Assembly (NCBI GenBank): GCA_964508325.1
Contig: CAZDTF010000001.1
Location: 1-26,462 of the forward strand
From: an uncultured Nitrosopumilaceae archaeon
Lineage (GTDB): Archaea; Thermoproteota; Nitrososphaeria; Nitrososphaerales; Nitrosopumilaceae
Length of the DNA: 26,462 nt
Reading direction: 5' to 3'
The position numbers were made by a program, and so were the translations under genes. Each line of letters opens with the position of its first letter. Position 1 is the stretch's first letter. Shown here one piece after another: positions 25,965 through 26,462 of the stretch. Under the pieces are notes generated by a model. The model was not told the origin of the DNA, ran no database searches, and saw only the letters and a program-made list of their open reading frames with translations.

Positions 25965-26462
25965 CTAGTTACTCTCTTCTATTTTTTTCATTATTGATTC
26001 AGGGTCTCTATAATATTTTCCAACTAGATCTGAGACCTCTTTATAATTTCGAATATCATTTTCAACCATCCATTTCAAAATTGTGATTCTTTTCTGATGT
26101 TCCTCCAAAATTTGTTGTAAATCTCTTCCAGTGGCATCTGCCATTTTCTGAAATAATGTACTGGACTGAAGATTATCTGCAAAGTAATCTGATTTTGGAT
26201 TCCAGGAAAATGCAGAAAATGCCGGTGCACCGTTAATAATTTCAGAAATCATTGTTGTCCTTCTACTGCTTTGCCCTGTAGTATTTTCTTTGATTCTTTT
26301 GATTACTACGGCACAATTCATCAATGAAATATACGCAGGAGGAATGTCCATCGGTTTTTGTTGAAGTCGTTTTATTGCAGATTCCAAGCTATCTGCATGC
26401 ATAGTGCATAGTCCACCGTGTCCTGTAGCCATAGCTTGAAACATAACATATGCCTCAGAACC
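25965..26462 (-). CDS. Type II/IV secretion ATPase (TadA/VirB11/FlaI-like), C-terminal part; 5' end outside the window
   Basis: GSEAYVMFQAMATGHGGLCTMHADS...RL..PMDIP (His-box region); the frame is open to the window edge. Confidence 0.92.
   Translation of the reverse strand, partial: GSEAYVMFQAMATGHGGLCTMHADSLESAIKRLQQKPMDIPPAYISLMNCAVVIKRIKENTTGQSSRRTTMISEIINGAPAFSAFSWNPKSDYFADNLQSSTLFQKMADATGRDLQQILEEHQKRITILKWMVENDIRNYKEVSDLVGKYYRDPESIMKKIEESN

Noticed and set aside
17491-26462. Interpretation as an archaellum (fla) locus
   Set aside because: No archaellin-type sequences or FlaF/G/H genes are visible; the pilin-like genes and Ig-like protein fit a non-motility pilus better, although genes beyond the right edge cannot be seen.
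1-26462. CRISPR arrays, tRNA/rRNA genes, transposases or terminal inverted repeats
   Set aside because: I saw no regularly spaced direct repeats, GC-rich structural RNA stretches or transposase motifs by eye; a tRNAscan/Infernal run would be needed to exclude small RNAs.

Overview
This is an AT-rich archaeal window whose gene families point to an ammonia-oxidising thaumarchaeote (Nitrososphaerota, probably Nitrosopumilales); the taxonomy is inferred from gene content, not from a marker gene. From left to right it contains: the 3' part of an archaeal type II GAPDH, a CDF metal transporter, threonine synthase, a flavin-reductase fusion, an Hjc-like nuclease and several hypotheticals; a DMT transporter/YkgJ pair converging on a HEAT-repeat protein that looks like half of a deoxyhypusine hydroxylase; a six-gene signalling/regulatory cluster with no kinase; a nucleotidyltransferase/LLM oxidoreductase/thiolase/DUF35 operon; and an archaeal type IV pilus locus (three class III signal-peptide proteins, one carrying a fibro-slime/PA14 domain, a prepilin peptidase, a large Ig-like surface protein, a TadC-like platform and a truncated ATPase). 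Reading beyond the ORF track, I found three Cys/His-rich microproteins (36-44 aa) and a recurring palindrome, ATTYCCA-N4-TGGRAAT, at five promoter or start-codon regions. I saw no rRNA, tRNA, CRISPR array or mobile element. All family assignments come from motif recognition by eye; no searches were run.
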